Source: Candidatus Culexmicrobium cathedralense
GTDB lineage: Archaea > Thermoproteota > Methanomethylicia > Culexarchaeales > Culexmicrobiaceae
Assembly (NCBI GenBank): GCA_025061115.1
Contig: JANZKC010000001.1
Location: forward strand, 224,001-288,000
DNA length: 64,000 nt
Direction of reading: 5' to 3'
The notes under the pieces are model-generated. The model was not told the origin of the DNA. It worked only from the letters and a program-made list of their open reading frames with translations, and did no database searches. Made by a program: the position numbers and the translations under genes. Shown here piece by piece: positions 9,979-19,201 of the stretch (position 1 is its first letter; each line of letters opens with the position of its first letter).

Positions 9979-10048
9979 AAAATAAATTTGAGTAAAAAAT
10001 GCGAAAAGGCTTACAGCCCTTAACCTTTAACAGCATCACACAGATATT

Positions 10049-11332
10049 ATGATTGCAGGTAAGGTGTTAGGATTGACTATACTAGGTAGAGGCTTTAAAA
10101 AACTCATCAAAGTTGAAGAAGCAATTAGAAGAGTAGAAAAGGAACTCACCTACCGTATAAATGAAGTTGAAGTTGTGGATTTAATTTCAAGTTTAGGTAG
10201 AATTTCAGCTGAAACCATTGTAGCTCCAATAGATGTCCCACCATACGATAGAGCAGCAATGGATGGATATGCCGCTGGAGCCGAAGATATTACTGGAGCT
10301 ACTCAACTTAATCCAGCAATTTTAAAGCTAATCGGAAGCATTGAAGTTGGAGAATTAAAAGATATTAAGGTTAATAGAGGTGAAGCAGTGGAAATCTCAA
10401 CTGGAGCTAAAATTCCAGAGGGAGCCAACGTAGTTGTGCCATATGAAGATGCAAGAAAAGTAGATGGATATGTTGAAGTCTATAGGGCAATCCCCCTCTG
10501 GAAAAACATTTCTAAGCGCGGGGAGGACATTAAAGCAGGAGAACTAGTCTTAGCTAAGGGCACAACAATTAAAGCTTGGGATATAGGAGTCCTCGCATCA
10601 CTAAACATAACGAAAGTGAAGGTACTTCGGAGGCCTAGAATAGCAGTACTATCCACTGGAAATGAGCTAATTGAGCTAGGAGAGGAATTGAAGCTAGGAA
10701 AAATAGTGAACAGCACCAAGTGGATGATAGCATCTTTGATTAAAGAAGTTGGCGGAGAATTCATAGACCTAGGAACATCAGAAGATGAAGTTAAAGAGAT
10801 TTCTAATCGCATTTTAAATGGCTTGAAGCTGGCTGACATAGTGATAACTACAGGCGGAACATCCGTCGGCAAAAAAGACTTCGTTATTAAAGCTGTGGAG
10901 GCAATTGGCGCCAAAATAGTCTTCCATGGAGTTTCAATGAGGCCGGGAAAGCCGACGGGATTTGCAATACTTAATGGAAAGCCAATTATAATGCTATCAG
11001 GATTTCCGGTAGCAGCGCTCATAGGATTTGAACTATTCGCCAAAAAAGCCATAAGCCTAATTAGCGGATGGAAGGAAATTCCCAAACAAAAAATTAAAGC
11101 CAAAATGGCTAGGAGAGTTGCTTCAGAGCTTGGATTCCGAGACTTCTTAAGAGTGAAGTTAAAGAGAGTTGAAAGCGAAATCTTGGCCGAACCATTAAAG
11201 CTTACTGGTTCAGGCATACTATCAACCATAACCAAATCCAGTGGAATGATAATAATTCCAGAGGAAGTAGAGGGAATAGAGGAAGGAGAGGAAGTGGAAG
11301 TCATACTGTTAAGGCCTCTGGAGGATATTTAA
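10049..11332 (+). CDS. moeA: Molybdopterin molybdenum/tungsten transferase MoeA
   Basis: PPYDRAAMDGYA, ISTGA, STGNEL, TTGGTSVG, RPGKP. Confidence 0.93.
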   Translation: MIAGKVLGLTILGRGFKKLIKVEEAIRRVEKELTYRINEVEVVDLISSLGRISAETIVAPIDVPPYDRAAMDGYAAGAEDITGATQLNPAILKLIGSIEVGELKDIKVNRGEAVEISTGAKIPEGANVVVPYEDARKVDGYVEVYRAIPLWKNISKRGEDIKAGELVLAKGTTIKAWDIGVLASLNITKVKVLRRPRIAVLSTGNELIELGEELKLGKIVNSTKWMIASLIKEVGGEFIDLGTSEDEVKEISNRILNGLKLADIVITTGGTSVGKKDFVIKAVEAIGAKIVFHGVSMRPGKPTGFAILNGKPIIMLSGFPVAALIGFELFAKKAISLISGWKEIPKQKIKAKMARRVASELGFRDFLRVKLKRVESEILAEPLKLTGSGILSTITKSSGMIIIPEEVEGIEEGEEVEVILLRPLEDI

Positions 11333-13318
11333 ATGCGTAAAATATTTCATAAACTCATCACAATTGAAGAAGCTTTAAAGTTAATTAAGAAGCATGTCAA
11401 CCTAAGCCCCGTAGGAGTTGAAGAAGTAGATTTACTAAAAGCTCATGGAAGAGTCTTAGCCGAAGACATAATTGCAAAAGTGGACTTACCGCCATTCGAC
11501 AGGTCAGAAATGGATGGATACGCAGTAATTGCAGGAGACACCTATGATGCAGATGAAGATTCGCCCGTAAAGCTTAAGGTTATAGGTAAAATTGAGGCTG
11601 GAGATGAACCTAAAATAGCTGTTGAAAAGGGATGCGCAATTGAAATTTCAACTGGAGCACCAATACCCCCAGGAGCAAATGCAGTAGTAATGGTTGAGTA
11701 CACGAGGCAAATAGGAAATACAGTTGAAATATTCAAACCAGTAGCAGTTGGAGCACACATAGTTCATGCTGGCTCAGACCTAATGATTGGAGAGAAAATA
11801 TTGAGGAAAGGAACAATATTAACTCCAAGAGAAATTGGAGTTATAGCAGCAGTAGGAATCGATAAAGTTAGAGTTTACAAGAAGCCAAAAATAGCAATAA
11901 TATCAACTGGCAGCGAACTAGTAACTCCAGGAGCAAGCTTACCTCCATATAAAGTATATGATGTAAATACGTACTCGATCGCAGCTGGAGTAAATGAAGC
12001 TGGAGGGGAGCCAATAGCAGTTGGAATCGTTAGCGACAATATCTCAGAAATCAGAAAAACAATTGAAAATGCAATAAAAAAATTCGACTTAGTGATAATT
12101 TCAGGCGGAACATCAGCTGGAGTGGGAGATCTAGTTTACAAAGTGCTGAACGAGTTGGGAAAACCAGGCATAATAGTTCATGGATTAAAAGTTAAGCCTG
12201 GAAAACCAACTGTAATTTCAGTTGTAAATAATAAGCTGATAATAGGGCTTCCAGGATGGCCAGTTTCAGCTCTAATAATATTTAATTTAATTGCAAAACC
12301 AGTAATCCGCGCGCTAGCGGGACTACCAGAAGAGGAAGAAAAAATCTTCAAAGTGAAAGTTGCAACCCGAATAAGACCAGCTAGAGGACGAGTAAATCTA
12401 ATTCCAGTCAGCATCACAATCAACGAGAAAGGAGAAATGATAGCATACCCACTAATACACCATAGTGGAGCAATAGCAACTCTAACAAAAGCAGACGGCT
12501 ATATCATCATCAAAGAAAACGTAGAGCTACTAGAAGCAGGAGAAGAAGTCCAAATGAAACTATTAAGTAGCAAAATTCAACCTCCAAACTTAACGATAAT
12601 CGGAAGCCACTGCCCAGCATTAGATAGGCTAATCGAGCTGCTAGAAGAAGAGCATAAAATTAAGAAGATAAGGTTAATTAGCGTAGGCTCATTAGCAGGC
12701 TTAATGGCAGTAAGGAATGGTGAAGCAGATATAGCGGGAATCCACCTACTCGACGAAGAAACACTCACCTACAATATTCCACTTCTAACCAAATATAATG
12801 TCAATAATGCCGTACTAATTAGAGGCTACATCAGAGAGCAGGGATTAATAGTAAGAAAAGGAAATCCAACGAACATAAGAAGTTTAGAAGACCTCCTGCG
12901 CGAAGATGTAAAATTCATTAATAGGAACATGGGATCAGGAACTAGGGTGCTAATAGATTATGAATTAAAGAAGATGGCTGAAAAAATCGGCAAATCAATC
13001 GAAGAAATCAAAACTAAAATCAAAGGCTACAACATTGAAGCTAAAACCCACTCTGCAGTTGCCTTAGCAGTACTTATGGGTAGAGCAGACGTGGGGGTAG
13101 CGATAAGAAGCATAGCCATGATGTACGGATTAGAGTTCATGCCATTAAAAGAAGAGCATTTCGACTTCCTCGTAAATAAAAAAGCTTTAAACAAAATAAG
13201 CGTTCAAGCATTTATCAAAGCATTAAAATCCAGCAAATTTAAAGAAAAGCTCCTTGAAATCGGCATGAAAGCTCCACCAGATATGGGCGAAATAATATGG
13301 AAACCTAAAGATGAATAA
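11333..13318 (+). CDS. moeA: MoeA fused to a periplasmic-binding (LysR-substrate/PBP) domain
   Basis: MoeA motifs (PPFDRSEMDGYA, SGGTSAG, KPGKP) followed by GSHC, GS..GL, FINR..GSGTR, TH.AVA. Confidence 0.93.
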   Translation: MRKIFHKLITIEEALKLIKKHVNLSPVGVEEVDLLKAHGRVLAEDIIAKVDLPPFDRSEMDGYAVIAGDTYDADEDSPVKLKVIGKIEAGDEPKIAVEKGCAIEISTGAPIPPGANAVVMVEYTRQIGNTVEIFKPVAVGAHIVHAGSDLMIGEKILRKGTILTPREIGVIAAVGIDKVRVYKKPKIAIISTGSELVTPGASLPPYKVYDVNTYSIAAGVNEAGGEPIAVGIVSDNISEIRKTIENAIKKFDLVIISGGTSAGVGDLVYKVLNELGKPGIIVHGLKVKPGKPTVISVVNNKLIIGLPGWPVSALIIFNLIAKPVIRALAGLPEEEEKIFKVKVATRIRPARGRVNLIPVSITINEKGEMIAYPLIHHSGAIATLTKADGYIIIKENVELLEAGEEVQMKLLSSKIQPPNLTIIGSHCPALDRLIELLEEEHKIKKIRLISVGSLAGLMAVRNGEADIAGIHLLDEETLTYNIPLLTKYNVNNAVLIRGYIREQGLIVRKGNPTNIRSLEDLLREDVKFINRNMGSGTRVLIDYELKKMAEKIGKSIEEIKTKIKGYNIEAKTHSAVALAVLMGRADVGVAIRSIAMMYGLEFMPLKEEHFDFLVNKKALNKISVQAFIKALKSSKFKEKLLEIGMKAPPDMGEIIWKPKDE

Positions 13319-13388
13319 AAACTTGAAGTTAAACCAAGATCAGCGTAGCAAAAATATCCCATTTAAAGCATAAAATGAAGGGGCTTAA

Positions 13389-13808
13389 CTGAACAGAAAT
13401 GTTGCCGTAACGATACAACTAATAATCGTCTCAATAACTGCAAGCCTAGTAATTATCATCACCATAGCATCAGCAATCCACAACCCCAAATCAATAGCAT
13501 TTCAAGATGTCAATTTAATAGCAGAAGCCTCAACCAACAGTGGATTAACCATAACAATAGAAAACCACTTAAATCATGAAATATGGATTAAAAAGATTAC
13601 ATTAACCACCTGGACCGGCTTGACAGTTAATTTATCCGAAAAACTCAAGCTTCCAAGAAAAGTACCAAGCAAGAGCATAATAGTTTTAAAATGCTATCCC
13701 GATGAACTTGAAGAATTAGGATTAACCCTCACCAAATTCCAATTAATAAAAGTAACAGCCCACCTCGACAGCAGAGAAATATCGACTTACTGTAGAACCT
13801 CAGAGTAA
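13389..13808 (+). CDS. Small N-terminally anchored (pilin-like) protein, probably CTG-initiated, 139 aa
   Basis: The track ORF 13620-13808 stays open upstream to CTG 13389 (TAA at 13386). It is preceded by GAAGGGG and starts NRNVAVTIQLIIVSITASLVIIITIASAI (basic residue then TM helix). Confidence 0.6.
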   Translation: MNRNVAVTIQLIIVSITASLVIIITIASAIHNPKSIAFQDVNLIAEASTNSGLTITIENHLNHEIWIKKITLTTWTGLTVNLSEKLKLPRKVPSKSIIVLKCYPDELEELGLTLTKFQLIKVTAHLDSREISTYCRTSE

Positions 13809-13850
13809 AATTGAAAAGAAAACACTAAACTAATTGAAGAGGGTGCTAAA

Positions 13851-14519
13851 GTGAAGCTCCTAGCCATATCAGATATTCATGGAAAAAGCTGGGTCGCATC
13901 AGAAATAGCACTTTTAGCATCCAAAGAGAATTTCGACGCAATAATTGTTAGCGGAGACCTATCCCCATACATGTCAATTGAAATCGCGAAAGAAATACTT
14001 GAAATACTATCTGAAGCAGGCATACCAGTATTTTACGTTCCAGGAAACATGGATGACCCAAATCTAACTAAACCAGTAGAAGTAAACGGAACATACAACC
14101 TACATGGAAAGTGCATTGAATTCAAAGAATTAAAAATAATTGGCGTAGGAGGAGGATTGATAAGTCCATTCAAAACACCACTAGAATACAAAGAAGAAGA
14201 TTTCAGCAGAATACTAAACAAGGCTTCAGCAGACATCAAACCAGGCAAAATAATCTTAGTAACCCACAACCCACCTTACAACACCTCAGCAGACAAGCTA
14301 GATTGGGGAGAACACGTAGGCAGCATCAGCATCAGAAAATTCATTGAAGAAAGAAAGCCAATACTAAATATATGCGGCCACATCCACGAAGCAAGAAGCA
14401 TAGATAAAATCAATAAAACAGTAATAATCAACCCCGGACCTGCAATGAAAGGATATTACGCTATAGTAGAAATTAAAAATTTTAAAGTTAAAGCCGAACT
14501 ATTAAAAATTAGTCGTTAA
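13851..14519 (+). CDS. Calcineurin-like metallophosphoesterase (Icc/YfcE family)
   Basis: SDIHG, GDL, PGNMD, THNPP, CGHIHE. Confidence 0.92.
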   Translation: MKLLAISDIHGKSWVASEIALLASKENFDAIIVSGDLSPYMSIEIAKEILEILSEAGIPVFYVPGNMDDPNLTKPVEVNGTYNLHGKCIEFKELKIIGVGGGLISPFKTPLEYKEEDFSRILNKASADIKPGKIILVTHNPPYNTSADKLDWGEHVGSISIRKFIEERKPILNICGHIHEARSIDKINKTVIINPGPAMKGYYAIVEIKNFKVKAELLKISR

Positions 14520-14594
14520 TATTAACGCCCACGCAGGAAGACGATAAGAAACATTTAATATATGCCAAACCTCCATTCGATAAACATCAACAAT

Positions 14595-14629
14595 AGCCTT
14601 TTCCATCATAAAAATGAGCAGAAAAGGCT
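14595..14629. other. Stem-loop (9-bp stem AGCCTTTTC/GAAAAGGCT) just downstream of the C/D sRNA
   Basis: Perfect 9-bp inverted repeat with a 17-nt loop that contains a TCAT/ATGA mini-stem. Confidence 0.5.
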
Positions 14630-14637
14630 GTTTTCTT

Positions 14638-14688
14638 TCAGTTTTGGAGTCTTTCATCATTTTTCAGAGCTGCAATGGTTCATCATCA
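14638..14688 (-). ncRNA. Archaeal box C/D 2'-O-methylation guide sRNA
   Basis: The minus strand reads (TG)ATGATGA-ACCATTGCAGCT-CTGA-AAA-ATGATGA-AAGACTCCAAAA-CTGA: perfect C, D', C' and D boxes with two 12-nt guides. It is intergenic, with a TATA box about 25 nt upstream. Confidence 0.92.
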
Positions 14689-14711
14689 AACAAATTCTCA
14701 GCCGAATTCCC

Positions 14712-14718
14712 TTATAAA
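14712..14718 (-). promoter_or_regulatory. TATA box (TTTATAA) of the C/D sRNA
   Basis: Canonical archaeal TATA about 25 nt upstream of the C box. Confidence 0.6.
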
Positions 14719-14791
14719 TTTGATTAGGAATTGAGTATAACATTTATTAAAATAAAGTTTAAGTCCATAAAATTGATGGTTAATTGAATTG

Positions 14792-15553
14792 TTAAAACGC
14801 TTTTTCTCTGAATAATTTTATCATCAGAAGGTATTTTTCTAGTGCCAACTTCTTCTTGGATAGTAGATTCTTTATGTTTGGCAATTCTTTGCCGGTGTAG
14901 ATTTTTGTAGCTATTATTAGGGGTCTTAGTGTTAATGCTACTTGGCATGGAGCTTCTATCGGTGGACTTATTTCATCTTCTTCTACATCTGGGAAGCCTT
15001 CAATTATTTTCGGCTTACCCTTTCTAGATAGTATTTGCAGCGTTCTATCAATTTCCCTCTCCAAAAAGTTGATTAGCGCTTCTTCATTTTTGAAACATCT
15101 CAATGCCATTTCAAAAACTCGTTCTAAATCTCTAAATATTGATGCATACAGCTTTGCTTGAGGCTTTGACGTACTCCAGACAAGTGGCTTAACTTGATCG
15201 TAGCCATGATAGCAATCATAGAGGTAATTTAGGTATTCATGGTATACAACTGCCTTTAAATCGTCATAGCCAAACGTGAGGATTTTAGCTGCACTTAGCT
15301 GAACTGTCGGTACGAGAGCCTGAATTTTAGGATTGTACTTATATGCAAAGCCTGAAGAATATACTAGCCTTAATTTCTCATCTACCTTTTTAACCCAATT
15401 TGCCTCATGAATTTCAACGTCAGCTATAAATGGAATTTCGGTTTCCTTCTCGAATTCTGATACGATTTTTGGAAGCCATTCATCTGCAATTCGTTTAACT
15501 TTCTCATTTAAACTCTCATCAATTTCTCCATACTTTACGATCCTTATTTCCAA
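14792..15553 (-). CDS. Hypothetical protein, degenerate zincin-like (HEYLN)
   Basis: 253-aa ORF; LKAVVYHEYLNY resembles HEXXH with the second His replaced by Asn. Confidence 0.6.
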   Translation of the reverse strand: MEIRIVKYGEIDESLNEKVKRIADEWLPKIVSEFEKETEIPFIADVEIHEANWVKKVDEKLRLVYSSGFAYKYNPKIQALVPTVQLSAAKILTFGYDDLKAVVYHEYLNYLYDCYHGYDQVKPLVWSTSKPQAKLYASIFRDLERVFEMALRCFKNEEALINFLEREIDRTLQILSRKGKPKIIEGFPDVEEDEISPPIEAPCQVALTLRPLIIATKIYTGKELPNIKNLLSKKKLALEKYLLMIKLFREKAF

Positions 15554-15592
15554 GTATAATTCACCTACATACAGTTAAAGTAGATCGAGGAA

Positions 15593-16900
15593 TTATTCTT
15601 TGCCCATCAAATCACATAAAAATATGTCTTCAAATGTCTCTCTGCGCCTAACTAGCTTAACTGTTCCACCATCAATCATTACGACCGCCGCTCTTGGCCT
15701 GCAATTGTACTGGCTTGCCATGGAAATTCCATATGCGCCAGCATCTAGAATTGCAAGTACATCACCTGGCTTAATTTTGGGGAGAGGATACTTCTCAGCG
15801 AAGACATCTGAACTTTCGCACACTGGGCCGCCAACGTTGTACTCTTCAACAGATTTAAAATCAGCCTTATTTACAGCGACGATTCTGTGATAAGCGCCGT
15901 ATAGCGCGGGTCTTATTAAGTCATTCATTCCAGCATCCACTAAAATCCACTTCAACCCTCCAATTTCCTTAACATAATTAACTCTAGTTAATAGTAAACC
16001 TGCATCGCCAACCAAGTATCTGCCTGGTTCAAGTATTATTGTGGAATCATCGCTGAAAAACTTACCTATAGATTCTACTATAACTGGTAAAATTGACTTG
16101 CAGTAATCTTCAGGAGATAGAGCTTCATTGGACTCTTTATACGGAATGCCCAATCCACCGCCAAGATCAATTAAATTCAACTTTAAACCTAAGTTTTTAC
16201 TTAACCTCTCAGCGAAGGTGATGAGCTTTTCAGCAGCCTCCCTAAATGGACGTGCGCTCAATATTTGGGACCCCACATGAACATGTATGCCTTTAACTTC
16301 AACATCACTCATCCTCAAAGCGATTCTATACGCAGAGTAAGCACTTGAAGAATCTAAGCCGAACTTGTGAATTCTCATTCCAGTACTTATATACTTGTGA
16401 GTTTTAGCGGGGACGTCCAAGTTAACTCGAACGCCTATTGAAGGTTTAACTCCAAATTTACGTGCAGCTGATCCTATGTAATTCAATTCATCAAAATTTT
16501 CAATATTAATCAGCTTGACTTGACTGCTTACAGCATCTTCAATTTCACGAGGCGACTTGCACACTCCATTAAAAACTATTTTATCCACGTCAACGCCAAT
16601 CAACTTTGCAGCATACAATTCGCCACTTGAAACAACTTCAGCTCCAGCGCCAGCATCTTTTAAAACTTTAAGAAGAGCAAGAGTTGCATTAGCCTTATAT
16701 GCATAGCATATGAGAACTCCTCTCCAATACTTCATTGCTTCGCTAAGCAACTTTCCGTACTTCTCTCTAACTCTATCCGCACTAATAACGTAAAGTGGAG
16801 TGCCATAATTTTGGGCTAAATCCATTAAACTAACTCCATTAATCTTCAGCTCACCGCCACTAATTGAAAGATGAGGAGGCAAATACACGTAACTCCCCAA
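15593..16900 (-). CDS. lysA: Diaminopimelate decarboxylase
   Basis: YGTPLY, YAYKAN (PLP Lys), HVHVGSQ, DLGGG, EPGR, GPVCESSD, GAYG..MASQYN. Confidence 0.95.
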   Translation of the reverse strand: MGSYVYLPPHLSISGGELKINGVSLMDLAQNYGTPLYVISADRVREKYGKLLSEAMKYWRGVLICYAYKANATLALLKVLKDAGAGAEVVSSGELYAAKLIGVDVDKIVFNGVCKSPREIEDAVSSQVKLINIENFDELNYIGSAARKFGVKPSIGVRVNLDVPAKTHKYISTGMRIHKFGLDSSSAYSAYRIALRMSDVEVKGIHVHVGSQILSARPFREAAEKLITFAERLSKNLGLKLNLIDLGGGLGIPYKESNEALSPEDYCKSILPVIVESIGKFFSDDSTIILEPGRYLVGDAGLLLTRVNYVKEIGGLKWILVDAGMNDLIRPALYGAYHRIVAVNKADFKSVEEYNVGGPVCESSDVFAEKYPLPKIKPGDVLAILDAGAYGISMASQYNCRPRAAVVMIDGGTVKLVRRRETFEDIFLCDLMGKE

Positions 16901-16990
16901 CTACAATGTAAACCAATACCCTATATCACTTATTCTTGTAATGTGAAAGCACTTCTGAAGCTACGCAGTGTCCGAATTCCTAGAAAATAG

Positions 16991-18025
16991 ATGTCAATTT
17001 TAGATCAGTTAATAGGCGTTAATTTAGATACGTTTTTAAGTTTCCACCGCCATGGTAAGTTGAATACCAGGTGGACTAGCGAATTGAAGCTTGGAGCTTC
17101 AGGATTTAATGTTGGCAAGAGAAGTAGAAGTGAAGTACTAGATTACTTGGCAATAAGAAGCGAGTTTGAAGCTCTAAGGAAGGCTGGAGGAGAAGTTGAT
17201 GAATTAATGTTCACCGACTGCGCATTAGGGGAAGAATTAACAAACGCAATGGCTAGAAGAGGTTTGCTTTTGTACCCCACAGTTGATGAAATGGAGAGGA
17301 TAAGAGAAATAGCTAGAGAAATTGGAGTTGAGATTGGAGGACATGCCTCATTCCTAATAAACCTGGCATCCCCAGATAGTAGGAAGAGAAGTGCTTCCAG
17401 AGGACATATAACAGCACTTTCCAGAAGACTTGCAGCTGCTGGCGGAATTTATGGAGTAATGCACCTAGGATTTATTGGAAGCTACTCCGAGGAGGAAGTT
17501 AAGAACGTAGTTCAAGAGGAATTAGAGAAAATTATAGGCTCATTAGAAGTTCAGCTACTTGTTGAAAATGCAGGTAAAAGAAAGGCTGTAGGCTCTCTTC
17601 AATTCGTTCTTGACTTAGCTGAAAATCTAGGAGTTAAATTATGCATTGACTGGGCGCACCTTCACGCGTACACCAGAGGAGGAATACGAAGCGAAGAAGA
17701 TGCTGTGAAAATAATTGACTTGATTGAAAATAGGCTTGGAAAATTTGATGAATGGGTTCCAGTAATGCATATTTCAGGCATAAAATATGGAGCGGGAGGA
17801 GAAATAGAGCATTTAGGACTATTAGAGTCGGATTTCAACTGGTACGCTGTAATGAAAGTTCTAATTGAAAGTGGAGTTGACAACATATTAATTTGCGAAA
17901 GCCCGAAAAGGTGGACTGGAGATTTGGAAATTCTTCACAAAGTATTACTTGGAGAGAAAATTAAATTTAAAAAGCCTGCTCAAAGATCGATTACGGATTG
18001 GATAAAAGATAAAGATATTAGTTGA
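16991..18025 (+). CDS. Endonuclease IV-like (AP endonuclease family 2) TIM-barrel protein with a C-terminal PIP box
   Basis: Metal ligands HAS.LINLAS, MHLG, VENAG, CIDWAHLHA, MHISG, EH, CESP; tail QRSITDWI. Confidence 0.85.
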   Translation: MSILDQLIGVNLDTFLSFHRHGKLNTRWTSELKLGASGFNVGKRSRSEVLDYLAIRSEFEALRKAGGEVDELMFTDCALGEELTNAMARRGLLLYPTVDEMERIREIAREIGVEIGGHASFLINLASPDSRKRSASRGHITALSRRLAAAGGIYGVMHLGFIGSYSEEEVKNVVQEELEKIIGSLEVQLLVENAGKRKAVGSLQFVLDLAENLGVKLCIDWAHLHAYTRGGIRSEEDAVKIIDLIENRLGKFDEWVPVMHISGIKYGAGGEIEHLGLLESDFNWYAVMKVLIESGVDNILICESPKRWTGDLEILHKVLLGEKIKFKKPAQRSITDWIKDKDIS

Positions 18026-18026
18026 T

Positions 18027-19196
18027 TCACCACTCGAATAATTCTACATTTGCCCTTGGCACTATCACTTTTCTTCCATCTTCAAGTTCAATTTCAACTA
18101 CTCTCACTGGCGATTCGGTTTCCACTTGCTGTAGCTCTATTGGCAGTCGAACGACCTTAGCCAGGGCTCCGAAGTATGGAGCTCTAATAACTCTGATTTT
18201 AGTTCCAGGCTGCATTCCGCCGATAAGCAGTTCTTCTTCCTCTGGAAGCTCCAGTGGATTGACATCTAGCTTTGGAACTATGATTTCAGGCCTCATTACT
18301 CCAGCTCTAATTTGAGTTGCACCGTTAATTGCAGCTAGAACGCCCTCATTTTCCTTCAGTAGGTTGAAGGTCTTCTTAGCCATTCTAACTTTTCCGAAGC
18401 CCTCAGTTATTATTATTGTCATTGGAATATCCTCGTGTCCAGTGATTGCTACGCCTATTTCGTAGCCTAAGAAGTCCGTGAAGTCTTTAAAGTCAACTCC
18501 GCCAACAACTACGCCTTTAGCTCCAACCTCCATGGCTTTCTTCAAAACATCGCATGTAGCATATGAGCCTCCAACAATTATTTTGCCTTCGCATTCCGGC
18601 GTAATCTTGTTTGCAGTGAGCTCCTCCTCCGGAGAGTCGACTGCAACATAGATTTCTCCATGTCTTTCCCCTCCAATTCCAAAGATGCCCTCAATAAATG
18701 TCGCAGCGCACTCTATAACAACACCTTCCTTGGGGAGCACCTTCGTAACGATTCCTGGAATATAGGCGTCTATTTCAACTGGAATTGGAGGCTCTCTGAG
18801 AATTACCTGACCAGTAACTTCAGATATATGTTCAATGTATCCATCCACTGGAGATTTTATCTCAGATTTAATTAAACCGAAGAAAGCCTTGTACATTGCA
18901 ATGATTTCTCCCTTCTTCACTTGCTCGCCAACCTTCTTCCTCATATAGTTCTTAAGCTCTTCAGGCTCAACACCTAAAATTGCAGCTGCACTGATAACGC
19001 GTATATCGCCTGGCAAATGAGTTCTAGCTACGATGGTGTCATAGTTTACTCTTTCACCCTCTTTAACTAGAACGTCTCCCGGAAGTGGAAGTCTCCTCGT
19101 CTTCTTAACCCTTGCTAGCGGCGAAATTTTCAATCCTGGAGTATAAGCATGGGCAGATTGACTTTCCTTACTACCTCCACCATTAACCATTTTCAA
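18027..19196 (-). CDS. Uncharacterised GlmL-partner protein (biotinyl/lipoyl-like hairpins, C-terminal KOW/SH3-like domain)
   Basis: VLVKEGERV, KVGEQVKKGEIIA..IKSPVDGYI hairpins; GGVD; TQIRAGVMRPE; PGTKIRVIRAPYFG KOW-like. Lies 5 bp downstream of glmL. Confidence 0.8.
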   Translation of the reverse strand: MKMVNGGGSKESQSAHAYTPGLKISPLARVKKTRRLPLPGDVLVKEGERVNYDTIVARTHLPGDIRVISAAAILGVEPEELKNYMRKKVGEQVKKGEIIAMYKAFFGLIKSEIKSPVDGYIEHISEVTGQVILREPPIPVEIDAYIPGIVTKVLPKEGVVIECAATFIEGIFGIGGERHGEIYVAVDSPEEELTANKITPECEGKIIVGGSYATCDVLKKAMEVGAKGVVVGGVDFKDFTDFLGYEIGVAITGHEDIPMTIIITEGFGKVRMAKKTFNLLKENEGVLAAINGATQIRAGVMRPEIIVPKLDVNPLELPEEEELLIGGMQPGTKIRVIRAPYFGALAKVVRLPIELQQVETESPVRVVEIELEDGRKVIVPRANVELFEW

Positions 19197-19201
19197 CCCT
19201 C

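Noticed and set aside
14517-14660. Short minus-strand ORF MMKDSKTERKQPF... overlapping the sRNA
   Set aside because: Its ATG is the C' box; the region is better explained by the C/D RNA and hairpin.
16941-16975. ATGTGA..CTGA..CCGA C/D-like motif
   Set aside because: The boxes are degenerate, the guide is too short and there is no C' box; it lies in a divergent promoter.
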